Part shown: piece after piece, positions 41,985-51,412 of the stretch
Layout: every line of letters starts with the position of its first letter
Numbering within the stretch: the first letter of the stretch is position 1
From: a virus
Lineage: Duplodnaviria; Heunggongvirae; Uroviricota; Caudoviricetes
Virus record (IMG/VR): IMGVR_UViG_3300031418_000001
Length of the DNA stretch: 64,000 nucleotides
Direction: 5' to 3' (one strand)
Position numbers and translations under genes: made by a program
The notes under the pieces: model-generated
Databases searched by the model: none
Seen by the model: only the letters and a program-made list of their open reading frames with translations
What the model was told of the DNA's origin: nothing

Positions 41985-42176
41985 TAAGTACTTGATATTA
42001 TTAGAATTATCCTTGCTGAATGGTTTCAGCTTCAGTTTTGTAAAGACTTAGGAGAAAAAAGCATTATTCTGTTAATAAATGGAACAATATCTTTATTATC
42101 AATAAGTTAGATGTACTGAATTATTTTAGTTTTATTTGTCGTATCGTTTGACAGACTAATCCTAAAAATGCATAAT
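41985..42176. promoter_or_regulatory. Two IHF-consensus sites plus a sigma70-like promoter
   Basis: WATCAANNNNTTR matches at 41985-41997 (minus) and 42097-42109 (plus); TTGACA-N17-CATAAT at 42148-42176. Confidence 0.55.
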
Positions 42177-42327
42177 GATTCACATAGGGAGCTGATGCGT
42201 TAGATAGTCAGAACCTTAAAAGACGGGCTTGGGGGATAGGGCGGGCGACAATAAATCAGTCCAAACTACAGTGTTGAATGGCACTGACAAGCACAAATAA
42301 TAACATAGTGGCTTAGGGTTTTGGATA

Positions 42328-42654
42328 ATGACTAAAGATAACCGCACCGAACTGATGAACCTCTTGAACCAGTTGATGGAATTCAGCTTTGATTCATTCT
42401 TCATGAAGATGATTAATAAGTCTCAGCCCTTCCTGGTTAAAGGTATTGACGTTAGTGTCAAGTGTGCTCAGGAAGTAGTTGAACACCCTGAAACCCCTGA
42501 TGAAAATACCGTGAAGATCATCGGTTCTTTACAATCTTTAATTCAAACTCTTTCTAATATTCGTTACAGTATCCGTGAGCTTTATCCACAGGAAACCACC
42601 GTTACAATGCCTAACTGGAATGCCATGATCGTCAATCCACAGGTCGTTCACTAA
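42328..42654 (+). CDS. Hypothetical protein
   Basis: 108-aa ORF. Confidence 0.65.
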   Translation: MTKDNRTELMNLLNQLMEFSFDSFFMKMINKSQPFLVKGIDVSVKCAQEVVEHPETPDENTVKIIGSLQSLIQTLSNIRYSIRELYPQETTVTMPNWNAMIVNPQVVH

Positions 42655-42845
42655 TGGTGTACGAAGAAGTAGATGTATACGAAGTACAGTTGGTTGACAG
42701 AGCTACACACACCGTGCTTGAGACTTTTGATACTGGTCAGGATCATGACGCAGCTTATCGAAAGAAAGATGAGTGGGATCTGGAATACAACGATGGAACG
42801 ATGTATACAAAAATCGAGGTCTATTCGGAAGAATTAGACGAATAA
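42654..42845 (+). CDS. Small acidic hypothetical protein
   Basis: 63 aa, followed by terminator 42849-42872. Confidence 0.6.
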   Translation: MVYEEVDVYEVQLVDRATHTVLETFDTGQDHDAAYRKKDEWDLEYNDGTMYTKIEVYSEELDE

Positions 42846-42884
42846 ATGAAAAGCGGCGAAAGCCGCTTTTTTAATGGAGAAAAT

Positions 42885-43151
42885 ATGACATATCTATTAG
42901 CATGGCTTGTAATCGGCTTCATTTCTTCTGTACTAACAAGTACTTATAATACTGAAGAAGTATATGAAATGCGAATGCGTAAATACCTTTCACGTAAAGG
43001 ATTGAAACGTGAAGAACTTCCAAAGGAAGTAACATACGAAACCTATAAAATGTTTTCTTTTGTATTAGGAACAATGTATGGGATCTTTAGTATTATTGGT
43101 TTTTACAGTGTTCGTAGTGATTATATGAGAACTCAGAAAAATAAAAAATGA
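42885..43151 (+). CDS. Hypothetical membrane protein
   Basis: GGAG RBS, two hydrophobic segments. Confidence 0.6.
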   Translation: MTYLLAWLVIGFISSVLTSTYNTEEVYEMRMRKYLSRKGLKREELPKEVTYETYKMFSFVLGTMYGIFSIIGFYSVRSDYMRTQKNKK

Positions 43152-43486
43152 ATCCAATATTTGAAGTACTCAATAATGGTAAAGGTACGGACTGTATAAA
43201 ATATGAAAGATTATATCCAGATACTTTACAGTACCCAATTGTAATTATATATTATAGTTTATACCGTTTAAGGATAACACCTGAACTATTAACTCTATAT
43301 TATGCTAACATTGATGATGGCTTTTATCATACTATATTAGATACTGTTGATGGTTATGATTCTGATGAGTACTTTAATTTATCTATGGAATATGAATTAA
43401 ATGATATTTGTCTGAAAAATAATATTGACAAAATTCGAAAAATATCGGATAATCTCTCATGTGCCTTACATGTGATTAATTTATAA
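43148..43486 (+). CDS. Hypothetical protein, F(N/Q)-motif family
   Basis: GYDSDEYFNLSMEYE. Confidence 0.7.
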   Translation: MNPIFEVLNNGKGTDCIKYERLYPDTLQYPIVIIYYSLYRLRITPELLTLYYANIDDGFYHTILDTVDGYDSDEYFNLSMEYELNDICLKNNIDKIRKISDNLSCALHVINL

Positions 43487-43495
43487 AGGACTGAT

Positions 43496-44053
43496 ATGAA
43501 AGCACTACTGCTTAATCCTGATGTTGAGTACTCAGACGGTTATGAAAACAACCGTGATAATTATATCCAGTGTGAAGTTCTTGCGTATGATCGTGACAAA
43601 TACGTTCTGTGTAAGCATCAAGATGGTACGGTCACTGAATATAAAAGTGGTTATTTAAAGCGTATTGATAACTTTGGTCAGCTTACTTATCGTCAGTTGT
43701 TCTCGCTTCCAGTACTTAACTACGATAATTATGACGATCTTTCTAAACCTACCAAACGTCAGGTACAGAAAGAACTTAAAGATAACTATAAGTTCAAGAC
43801 TGAGTTCACTTTGTATGTTACCAATGAACCTGTAAAAGACGCAACAACAGTTATTACTACCAGTACGCTTAAACAAGCAGTTCGTGTGTTTCGTAAGTAC
43901 CAGTACGCACAGCTATCATTTAGTACTGATCGCTGGAATACAGAAGGTATCGCAGAGCGTGATAAGAAAGATGGCATATTGTATTACGATATTGATCGTC
44001 GTACAAAACGTCCTACCTATTCTTCTAAAGTACTTCGTGAATTGGAAAAGTAA
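43496..44053 (+). CDS. Hypothetical protein
   Basis: 185 aa, AAGGA RBS. Confidence 0.7.
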   Translation: MKALLLNPDVEYSDGYENNRDNYIQCEVLAYDRDKYVLCKHQDGTVTEYKSGYLKRIDNFGQLTYRQLFSLPVLNYDNYDDLSKPTKRQVQKELKDNYKFKTEFTLYVTNEPVKDATTVITTSTLKQAVRVFRKYQYAQLSFSTDRWNTEGIAERDKKDGILYYDIDRRTKRPTYSSKVLRELEK

Positions 44054-44204
44054 TGGTATTATTTTTAATTGTGCCAGTAATGATAGTACTGGCACTCTTG
44101 ATTAAAGTTTTAGATTTTTTCAGTACTTTATTTTGGTTCATAACGAATCACGAAAATTAAATTTGAAACGTTTAAGATACTTGTGCTATACTTAATATAT
44201 AGGA

Positions 44205-44489
44205 ATGACGATGAAAAACAGATTTAAGTTTTACCCAAGTGCTTTAATTATTGGAGTACTTGGTGGATTGATTGTTGGAATGTTCGCATTTCAGCCTGAA
44301 CCAAAAGCATCTGTTCCGAAAGATGTTCCACTGGAACATGTTTATCATCTTCCTTGCAGAGTTGAAGCAGAAGGTTACGAACCATCCACCACAATAAATG
44401 GTATGAGAATACCAATGATTTGCGGTTGTTCAGAACTTAAAGGCACCTGTCACCAAACACGGGAAATTAAGTATGCAATGCCAGAGTAA
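44205..44489 (+). CDS. Hypothetical membrane-anchored protein
   Basis: N-terminal TM, Cys-rich C-terminus, promoter motif upstream. Confidence 0.6.
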   Translation: MTMKNRFKFYPSALIIGVLGGLIVGMFAFQPEPKASVPKDVPLEHVYHLPCRVEAEGYEPSTTINGMRIPMICGCSELKGTCHQTREIKYAMPE

Positions 44490-44648
44490 GATGCGTAAAA
44501 TGAAAGAAACATCAGGTTCTTATCTTATCGAACTCATTACTGAATTAAGTAATGAAGTTGGTTGTGAACCGAAAGATGTTACCGTGGATATTACGGATAC
44601 GATTGATGGCACATTTGTCGAAGTCACTGCTAATAAAGGGTAATTAAG

Positions 44649-44885
44649 ATGAGCGAAATGAACTGGCGTAAGGTACTTGCAGTGCATGTTAGTGCGGCTC
44701 CTGCTGTAACTAAATCTCCAGGATTTATTGTTTATCGTGACCCGAAAGAAGTTCTTGAAGAAAGAACAATGATCATTCATGCTATTGAAGAACATGAACG
44801 TCTCATTGCAGAAAGTATTCCAGATGAAGACGAAATAGAAGAATTCGTACTTGAACTGTATTCTTTATTTCGAGTACTTCATTAA
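44649..44885 (+). CDS. Hypothetical protein
   Basis: 78-aa ORF. Confidence 0.55.
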   Translation: MSEMNWRKVLAVHVSAAPAVTKSPGFIVYRDPKEVLEERTMIIHAIEEHERLIAESIPDEDEIEEFVLELYSLFRVLH

Positions 44886-44893
44886 TTAAATTT

Positions 44894-45204
44894 GGCCCCT
44901 TAGCTCAGTTGGTTAGAGCAGGCAACTCATCAAATGGTGACTTTTATCAGTAATGATAATTGAAAAACTGGATGAATTCAGGGAAACCTCAGCACGTAAT
45001 GGTGGTGGCAACCGTGAGCCAAGCCTGATAAGCGTATCAGGAAGGTGCAGAGACTAAATGGTGCAACACGTTCTTGTTGCGTAATACATTGTTAGCGTCC
45101 GGCACCCTAACTATTATAGAAGGGTGGTGATATAGTCCGTACCAGTATGAAAATATTGGATAAATCGAATTGCTTGGTCACAGGTTCGAGTCCTGTAGGG
45201 GCCA
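44894..45204 (+). tRNA. tRNA-Ile2(CAT), split by a group I intron (exons 44894-44930 and 45168-45204)
   Basis: Joined exons give GGCCCCT/AGGGGCC acceptor and ggcaa-ctCAT|aa-ttgct arm; closely resembles enterobacterial tRNA-Ile2. Confidence 0.9.
44931..45167 (+). mobile_element. Self-splicing group I intron (IC3-like, 237 nt)
   Basis: P1 CAU|C:GGUG with U.G at the splice site, GCAGAGACTA and GATATAGTCC core elements, terminal G. Confidence 0.9.
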
Positions 45205-45232
45205 CTAATTTTCAAGGATGGATGATATATGA

Positions 45233-45637
45233 ATGGAAGAATGGAGAGAATTATTTGTAAGTGATATTGGTTTAACTATATTAGTGTCCAATTTAGGAAC
45301 TATAAAAACCAAAGATAAAGTTATAACATGCAGAAATCAATTTAATACTTATCAAAAGTTAATACCTGGAATAACTAAAAGTCCGGCACTTAATGGATCA
45401 GCAGGTTATTATCAAGTACATCTTCATAATAATGGTAAGAAGAAGAGTAAGTATGTTCATCGGTTGGTATGGATAGCTTTTAATGGAGAGATACCAGATG
45501 GTTTTGAAATAGATCATGATGATTGTGATAAAAGTAATAATTGTCTCGATAATTTAAAACTTTTAACTCGAAAACAAAATATGGAAAAGATGTTTAAGTT
45601 GAATCCTCATATTAAATATAATTTGCATGGGAAATAA
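45233..45637 (+). CDS. NUMOD4/HNH homing endonuclease
   Basis: EEWR...VSNLG, GYYQV.L, YVHRLV..AF..IP..FEIDH.D.DK.NN...NL. Confidence 0.9.
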   Translation: MEEWRELFVSDIGLTILVSNLGTIKTKDKVITCRNQFNTYQKLIPGITKSPALNGSAGYYQVHLHNNGKKKSKYVHRLVWIAFNGEIPDGFEIDHDDCDKSNNCLDNLKLLTRKQNMEKMFKLNPHIKYNLHGK

Positions 45638-45805
45638 AGTGAAATACATTGTTGTTAGTGTTATCTTTTTAGTACTTTCATTTGTGATCATTAATTTTGT
45701 AGGTACTGAAAAAGTGGCACATAACTTACTTCTAAGTGTTATTGCCTTATATGTGCTGGTTGAATCTATTGATCAATTAGTATCTCGTACTCTGTTCAAA
45801 GAGAA

Positions 45806-46258
45806 TTGATTATGCCATTAATAGTTCAGATAGTTCTTTTTGTTGTGTCGGCTTTAGTAGTAGTGATAATTTCTGAAATTACCTACGCCCTGATTAATAA
45901 GAAAGTACAGTCATGGATCTCAGACCGATGTTCTGAAATCAACAAAGAACTCAAAGATATAGGGTTCCGTTACCGTGAAGGTGCTGAGTACCGGTTTATT
46001 TTTCATAAGTACGATGGATTTTATATTGCAACTGATTCATTAAACGACCAAAGACGTACTAAATTAATGAGTGCGTATAAGTTGCGTAAAGTACTTTTCA
46101 AGATGTATGAAACTCCATACAATGAAGTACTTGAACCTATGTTTATTGATTATGAAAACAGAAAAAAAGAGATAGCTGAAAAGCAAAATAAAGAACGTTT
46201 TTCTGATAATAACTATAAACGTGCAGTTAAATTTAAACGCCCTGATGAGGACAAATGA
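45806..46258 (+). CDS. Hypothetical membrane-anchored protein
   Basis: N-terminal TM helix. Confidence 0.6.
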   Translation: MIMPLIVQIVLFVVSALVVVIISEITYALINKKVQSWISDRCSEINKELKDIGFRYREGAEYRFIFHKYDGFYIATDSLNDQRRTKLMSAYKLRKVLFKMYETPYNEVLEPMFIDYENRKKEIAEKQNKERFSDNNYKRAVKFKRPDEDK

Positions 46259-46470
46259 TGCGTACTATTAAACCTGAAGTACTTGAGAAAATGTCATTTG
46301 AACGTCTCAAGAACCATCGTCGTGCTGTACTGGCCCATATTGGTGCTACTTTTTATGAGTACACACCTGCACGGGTTCCCAACGAAAAGCATGGCTCAGA
46401 GTACTATCAGTACTGTGTTTCTTATCGTGATACAGTAAACTATTACCACGATCAAAAGAAACCGAAATGA
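46255..46470 (+). CDS. Hypothetical protein
   Basis: 71 aa, GAGG RBS. Confidence 0.6.
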   Translation: MMRTIKPEVLEKMSFERLKNHRRAVLAHIGATFYEYTPARVPNEKHGSEYYQYCVSYRDTVNYYHDQKKPK

Positions 46471-46739
46471 AACTGTTCTCTGGTTCAGAACTATTTGAAC
46501 TCAAAGCCACTCACGGCATTCCCTGGGATATTACACTGCAACATGTAATCTCCAAAGGTTATACCGTGAACTGGACTGAATTCATTGATTGTGCAAGAAA
46601 AAACAAGTGGTGGGATTTTCAGACTCTTGAAGCAATTAATTTTGTACTTCAGGATGTTATTGAAGATAAAAATGAAGTACAAGAAATCATTACCAGAATG
46701 AAATTGTATATTCTTAAAAACCCTCACCCTGAATTATAA
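46467..46739 (+). CDS. Small protein resembling an alanyl-tRNA synthetase helical fragment
   Basis: FSGSELFELKATHGIPWDIT.....KGYTVN...F vs AlaRS G..AF.LYDT.GFP.DLT......G..VD...F. Confidence 0.55.
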   Translation: MKLFSGSELFELKATHGIPWDITLQHVISKGYTVNWTEFIDCARKNKWWDFQTLEAINFVLQDVIEDKNEVQEIITRMKLYILKNPHPEL

Positions 46740-46747
46740 TCGAATAA

Positions 46748-46798
46748 GCGGTATTGGTATATTAGGTTATGCAATCGGTTCTAATCCGGTATACCGCT
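46748..46798 (+). ncRNA. Mini tRNA-like RNA (acceptor + T-arm, no anticodon arm)
   Basis: gcggtat/ataccgc-T acceptor, atcgg-ttctaat-ccggt T-arm. Confidence 0.5.
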
Positions 46799-46814
46799 CA
46801 ATTGAGAATTAAAT

Positions 46815-47219
46815 ATGCTTTGGATTGCTATAGCATTACTAATCTTATCCATTTTCTTATACTCTCCTGTTAAAAATTACTACAAATCCAAGACTGTATT
46901 GAAACAGGCAGAATCTATTTCTGCACGTAATAATAAGTTCATTCATAAAAACATTAAGTACATCATTGAGTACTTTACCAATGATACGGACTTGAATCTA
47001 ATTGTTAATTATAAAAATGATGTTATAGTCGGGTTTTTTATCTCCGTCAAAAACGATTGTTATCTTCATACATATCTTTCTCCAAATATTCCTACTACTT
47101 CATACGAACTTGAAATAGACGAGTTTTGTTTATTTCTGTCGGCATACACTGATGATATTAACGATAGAGAGAATCTTGTAAAAAATATCATGAGAGAACA
47201 TTTGGAAAGATTGAAATGA
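46815..47219 (+). CDS. Hypothetical membrane-anchored protein
   Basis: N-terminal TM. Confidence 0.6.
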   Translation: MLWIAIALLILSIFLYSPVKNYYKSKTVLKQAESISARNNKFIHKNIKYIIEYFTNDTDLNLIVNYKNDVIVGFFISVKNDCYLHTYLSPNIPTTSYELEIDEFCLFLSAYTDDINDRENLVKNIMREHLERLK

Positions 47220-47797
47220 TATTTCTTTATATCGGCGGTATTACTGTTCTGGTTTTTATTATTATAGAAATCATTGATAATATACTGAAAAGCCGTGCGA
47301 GGAAAAATGAAATAGTACAGAAAGGTAGCATATTTTGCAGTTCGTACAATATACATAAGCATGTTAATAAAATAAAAAATATAAGCCTCTATGAATTCGA
47401 TGAAGTACTTTTGTACGTTAATAGTATAGCTGAAATTAAACTCCATATAAGTACTGTTAATAACGTAATGATTGATTTTATCATAGAGGTGATAGATCCT
47501 AATGCTAAATATATTGCTAAAAGGCTTGGTTATCCTCATACAACCTCATCGCTTGATAGAATTCAGTTGGCTGAGTATTATGTAAAATGTCATAATAAAT
47601 CTGAATATATTGATAAAATAAACAATTCTAAGTTCTTTATGATGCAGGCCATGTCAAGTCTTATTAATTCTGGAGCTAATAACCCAGCTATATTTCTTTT
47701 ATTTGAACTTCTTAAGATGCATCATAAAGAACTCAAAGAACAAATGGTAGATGAAAATGACTTTAGATATTGGTTCAAAAGTACGTTTGTTTATTAG
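47216..47797 (+). CDS. Hypothetical membrane-anchored protein
   Basis: N-terminal TM. Confidence 0.6.
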   Translation: MIFLYIGGITVLVFIIIEIIDNILKSRARKNEIVQKGSIFCSSYNIHKHVNKIKNISLYEFDEVLLYVNSIAEIKLHISTVNNVMIDFIIEVIDPNAKYIAKRLGYPHTTSSLDRIQLAEYYVKCHNKSEYIDKINNSKFFMMQAMSSLINSGANNPAIFLLFELLKMHHKELKEQMVDENDFRYWFKSTFVY

Positions 47798-48013
47798 CAA
47801 TGATAAGCCACAGGATGGTTTCATTACTGATATTAAGGAAGAAGAAAAATACAAAGTATACTACGGTTATCTCACAGGCAAGAATAAGAATGGTTCTTTC
47901 GAAATTGTGGAACGTGAAGATACCATTGGCGGTACATTGTACTGGCCTCCAGAACTAAATCGTGCATTTAATGCATCATTTATTGAAGAATTTCAAGTAC
48001 TTGTGGAGTAACT

Positions 48014-48556
48014 ATGATCTGTGATGTTTTAACTGTAAATTTAGAAAGTCAAATAGCACGGAATTCTGGAAAGATTGCAGAATATGAACCTAAAATTGAT
48101 GTATATGTTAATGGTATAAAGTTTAAAGGATATATTGAAATCTGGTCTTTCTTTGAAAATACACACCTTAAAGATAAGGATACCTATTCAAAGCCTTACT
48201 GTGATTATCGTATAAATGATTATGCACAATACAACAGAGCATTAAAACGATTCGACGGTATCAGTAGTTCTGTGTACTTTGAAATGTGCTCATGTGGTGA
48301 TCCTGGTTGTATGGGTATCTTTAATGGTGTAAGAGTTTATAAAAAGAAAAAGTACTTTAAGTACGTAGCCAAAAAGAATGACGGTTATCCTAATGGTATA
48401 TTAAACTCAGGTAAATGGAACCTTACTTTTACCAAAGAGAATATACAACATGTAAGAAAGCAGATCGTCGATTTTTTTATTCAAAATGAAATTTTATTTC
48501 ATGAATACTATTCAGATGATATTGAACTGGCGTATGAACTAAAACGTACTCTGTGA
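48014..48556 (+). CDS. Hypothetical protein with CxCGxxGC motif
   Basis: MCSCGDPGCMG. Confidence 0.65.
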   Translation: MICDVLTVNLESQIARNSGKIAEYEPKIDVYVNGIKFKGYIEIWSFFENTHLKDKDTYSKPYCDYRINDYAQYNRALKRFDGISSSVYFEMCSCGDPGCMGIFNGVRVYKKKKYFKYVAKKNDGYPNGILNSGKWNLTFTKENIQHVRKQIVDFFIQNEILFHEYYSDDIELAYELKRTL

Positions 48557-48622
48557 TGATAAAAGATTTGCAAGCCCCTGATTCGTTGTGCTATAATGCA
48601 TGAAACGGTCGGGGGCTTTTTT

Positions 48623-49003
48623 ATGAAAACGAAAAAGTATTACCATATCACGGATTTTATGAATATCTCTTCAATTTTAAGTACTGGTATTCATCCTAAC
48701 TATAAAGAGGTTGAATCCCCATTCATGATGGGTAGTACTAAAGTTGATAAGCATCTTGACTATACATTACGTACTGATGTACAGGATGTTGTTTTCATCT
48801 GTGAAGATCCAATCTTCTCACTTGAAAAGATGGGTTCTTATATTCCATTGTGGCGATTGATGGTCATTGAACTTGAACTACCTGAAGAGGTTGTACTTAA
48901 GCCTGTATTTGCGTATGAGTTTGAGTTAGTACATTCGGGTACTATTAAACCTGAATATATCGTCGGTCACAGATTGTATCTTGATTATGAAGGTTCTAAT
49001 TAA
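48623..49003 (+). CDS. ADP-ribosyltransferase/Tpt1-like fold protein
   Basis: YYHIT...NISSILSTGI.P, V.F, E......I.PEYI. Confidence 0.5.
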   Translation: MKTKKYYHITDFMNISSILSTGIHPNYKEVESPFMMGSTKVDKHLDYTLRTDVQDVVFICEDPIFSLEKMGSYIPLWRLMVIELELPEEVVLKPVFAYEFELVHSGTIKPEYIVGHRLYLDYEGSN

Positions 49004-49308
49004 TGTATAAAATTACAGTACTTGACTCTAATGATATTGATCCCTTTATAGAATCAAAGGTACAACCACACTATCCAGGTAAGCATATTGCACTAATTGC
49101 ACATCCTATAATTAAACTTACAGGAGAATCAAAGATTGCCTGTATGGTACAGGATTTAGATTTTCTGGATCTTCCGGTTGATATTAATACTCTTAAAGTA
49201 CAAGAATCAGAAAGTCAGGTACTTATAGAGATTGAACATCTTGTCCAGTTCATGATTGATTCGGGTACTATCCCTGAAGATGATTATTTCGTATACTATA
49301 AGTGGTGA
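49003..49308 (+). CDS. Hypothetical protein
   Basis: 101-aa ORF. Confidence 0.6.
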   Translation: MYKITVLDSNDIDPFIESKVQPHYPGKHIALIAHPIIKLTGESKIACMVQDLDFLDLPVDINTLKVQESESQVLIEIEHLVQFMIDSGTIPEDDYFVYYKW

Positions 49309-49313
49309 CTTGA

Positions 49314-49547
49314 ATGGCTGAAGAAAGAACTGATTATCCGGTTAATGATGAAAATAATATCTACCTTGAAAGTTTTCTTGGTCATTCATTAACTACAATC
49401 ATCAATACAATCCATGAACATTGGGGAACTGATGTTAATATTGATGATGTTATTATCCGTGGGGAGTACCGACATGTTCGTTGCCTCGGATATGATTTGT
49501 ATGATTCTGGTGATTACGAAACTTATATTCATATTTCAAGAGAATAA
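49314..49547 (+). CDS. Hypothetical protein
   Basis: 77-aa ORF. Confidence 0.6.
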   Translation: MAEERTDYPVNDENNIYLESFLGHSLTTIINTIHEHWGTDVNIDDVIIRGEYRHVRCLGYDLYDSGDYETYIHISRE

Positions 49548-49549
49548 AA

Positions 49550-50152
49550 ATGGATCTACAAAAGTGGTTAAACGAAGCACTGGAGAAGATGGAAAATATG
49601 TCTCCAGAAGAAATACAACATTCAATCTACGGATACACACAAGAAGAATTCGAAAAGTACGAGAAAGAAGATTTTGTAAGTGATGTTCTTAAAGTAAAAC
49701 AGTACTTCGAAACTAATGACCATTACAGTTTTGAACATGCAGCATACCATCCTGAAGACAAGATTGATTTCATTGATGAGAAAATGTTTATTCGTGTGTT
49801 CAATAATAAAGGTAATAAAATTGGTATTGATGACATGCATGAAAGTACAACAGTTTACGAGGGTATCCGTAAAAATACATTTCATGGTCAGGGGTCGTGT
49901 ACCAATCTGAGTAAGTACACACCAAAAGATGGTGACATTCATCATAAAGTGCTGGACTATGATACCAATCATGTCAAGTACGTTGCTGGTGAAGGAACTG
50001 ACGCCGAGTTATCAGTAAGTACTGATGACTTAAGTACTCATGTTTCTATTCGTCACCATAACGGTTTATTCAGTATGAGCAAGGAGGAATTCAAAACATT
50101 CCGTGACATTCTGAATATGGTTAAACTTGATGTTGATAAGGATGGATGGTAA
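49550..50152 (+). CDS. Hypothetical protein
   Basis: 200-aa ORF. Confidence 0.65.
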   Translation: MDLQKWLNEALEKMENMSPEEIQHSIYGYTQEEFEKYEKEDFVSDVLKVKQYFETNDHYSFEHAAYHPEDKIDFIDEKMFIRVFNNKGNKIGIDDMHESTTVYEGIRKNTFHGQGSCTNLSKYTPKDGDIHHKVLDYDTNHVKYVAGEGTDAELSVSTDDLSTHVSIRHHNGLFSMSKEEFKTFRDILNMVKLDVDKDGW

Positions 50153-50377
50153 TGAGTACAGAAAATATTAAAAGAATGATTGAAAAGTTTGAAAGTACTG
50201 AACGTTTAAGTGATATTGAAGTTGTAAATCTTCTTAATCACTATAAGGCACTTGATGAGGTAGTAAGAGGCGATCCAAACCTTAAGGCTATTTCATTTTA
50301 TAGTACTACCAGACTGAATAAACTGAATGATATGTACCAATCACGTGTAGAATTTAATAATCGTTCTGGAAAATAAA

Positions 50378-51412
50378 ATGAGCAAAGAAAAACTAAAGGC
50401 TGATATTACTAAGTTCTTTGATTCTCTTGACACTGAAGCTAAGTACCGAATTAAAGCCTTTAAGGATAATTCTAAAGAAGTTATTTGGGCTTTAATTAAG
50501 TCTACTTATAACGATCATAAAGCATTTTTCCTTATGTGCACTTCCAACGAAATTACAGATGATGAAGTACTTAACTTCGAAGTAATGGATAAGAAGTGCA
50601 GAACGATGTTCACCTGGGAATATAAGGATGAACTCGCAGAAGGTCTTGAATCTGATGTATATCGCTTTGATTTTTCTGAGTTCGACCTTGTTATTCCAGA
50701 AGATCCAATTTCTTTAACGAAAGAACGAAGACTTAAGCTGGTAGAACTGCCTAAGTTTAAAAATTCTTTCAAAGAAGCCAGATGGACTAATTTGTTTACT
50801 GCATTTGGAGATAATACATATCGTTATCATCGCATTTGTGATGATATTGAATATGAAGTACAGGAAAATATTAAATCCATTATGGGTGTATATTCCTATG
50901 ATGTGTATGATGTTGACCATCATTCAGATGAATCTTTCTGTATGCAGTACATAGAGTGGAATGAAGAACCACTTTGTGTAGTTACTAAGTACGCAGATAA
51001 AAGTGATTACAATATTAAGTTCTATAGTAAAGAGATTGAGCAACGCTTTATAAATGAACTTATGAAGCACCGTAAATGGGATGACGACGAACAGTATATT
51101 ATTAGTGATACTGATGAAGAATGTGATAATTATTATGGTTCAAGTATTATTCATAATAATCGACTGTACTACACTATCAATTCGCCATCTTATTGCTATG
51201 GTTATGTGAAAATTGAAAATCCTCATCGTTGCGTTATGACTTCTTTTGATGATATTCAGATGATCCCTGTTAGCATTGAAGGTTATAGAAAATTAGAACC
51301 TGATAGCTATTCATCTGACGTTATGGTTATGATTAAACAGGATGGTGTTGATTTAGAAGTTAAACCTGATGAAATATTTTTCTTAGGTGGTGAGTATGCA
51401 CCAGTACTATAA
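50378..51412 (+). CDS. Hypothetical protein
   Basis: 344-aa ORF. Confidence 0.7.
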   Translation: MSKEKLKADITKFFDSLDTEAKYRIKAFKDNSKEVIWALIKSTYNDHKAFFLMCTSNEITDDEVLNFEVMDKKCRTMFTWEYKDELAEGLESDVYRFDFSEFDLVIPEDPISLTKERRLKLVELPKFKNSFKEARWTNLFTAFGDNTYRYHRICDDIEYEVQENIKSIMGVYSYDVYDVDHHSDESFCMQYIEWNEEPLCVVTKYADKSDYNIKFYSKEIEQRFINELMKHRKWDDDEQYIISDTDEECDNYYGSSIIHNNRLYYTINSPSYCYGYVKIENPHRCVMTSFDDIQMIPVSIEGYRKLEPDSYSSDVMVMIKQDGVDLEVKPDEIFFLGGEYAPVL

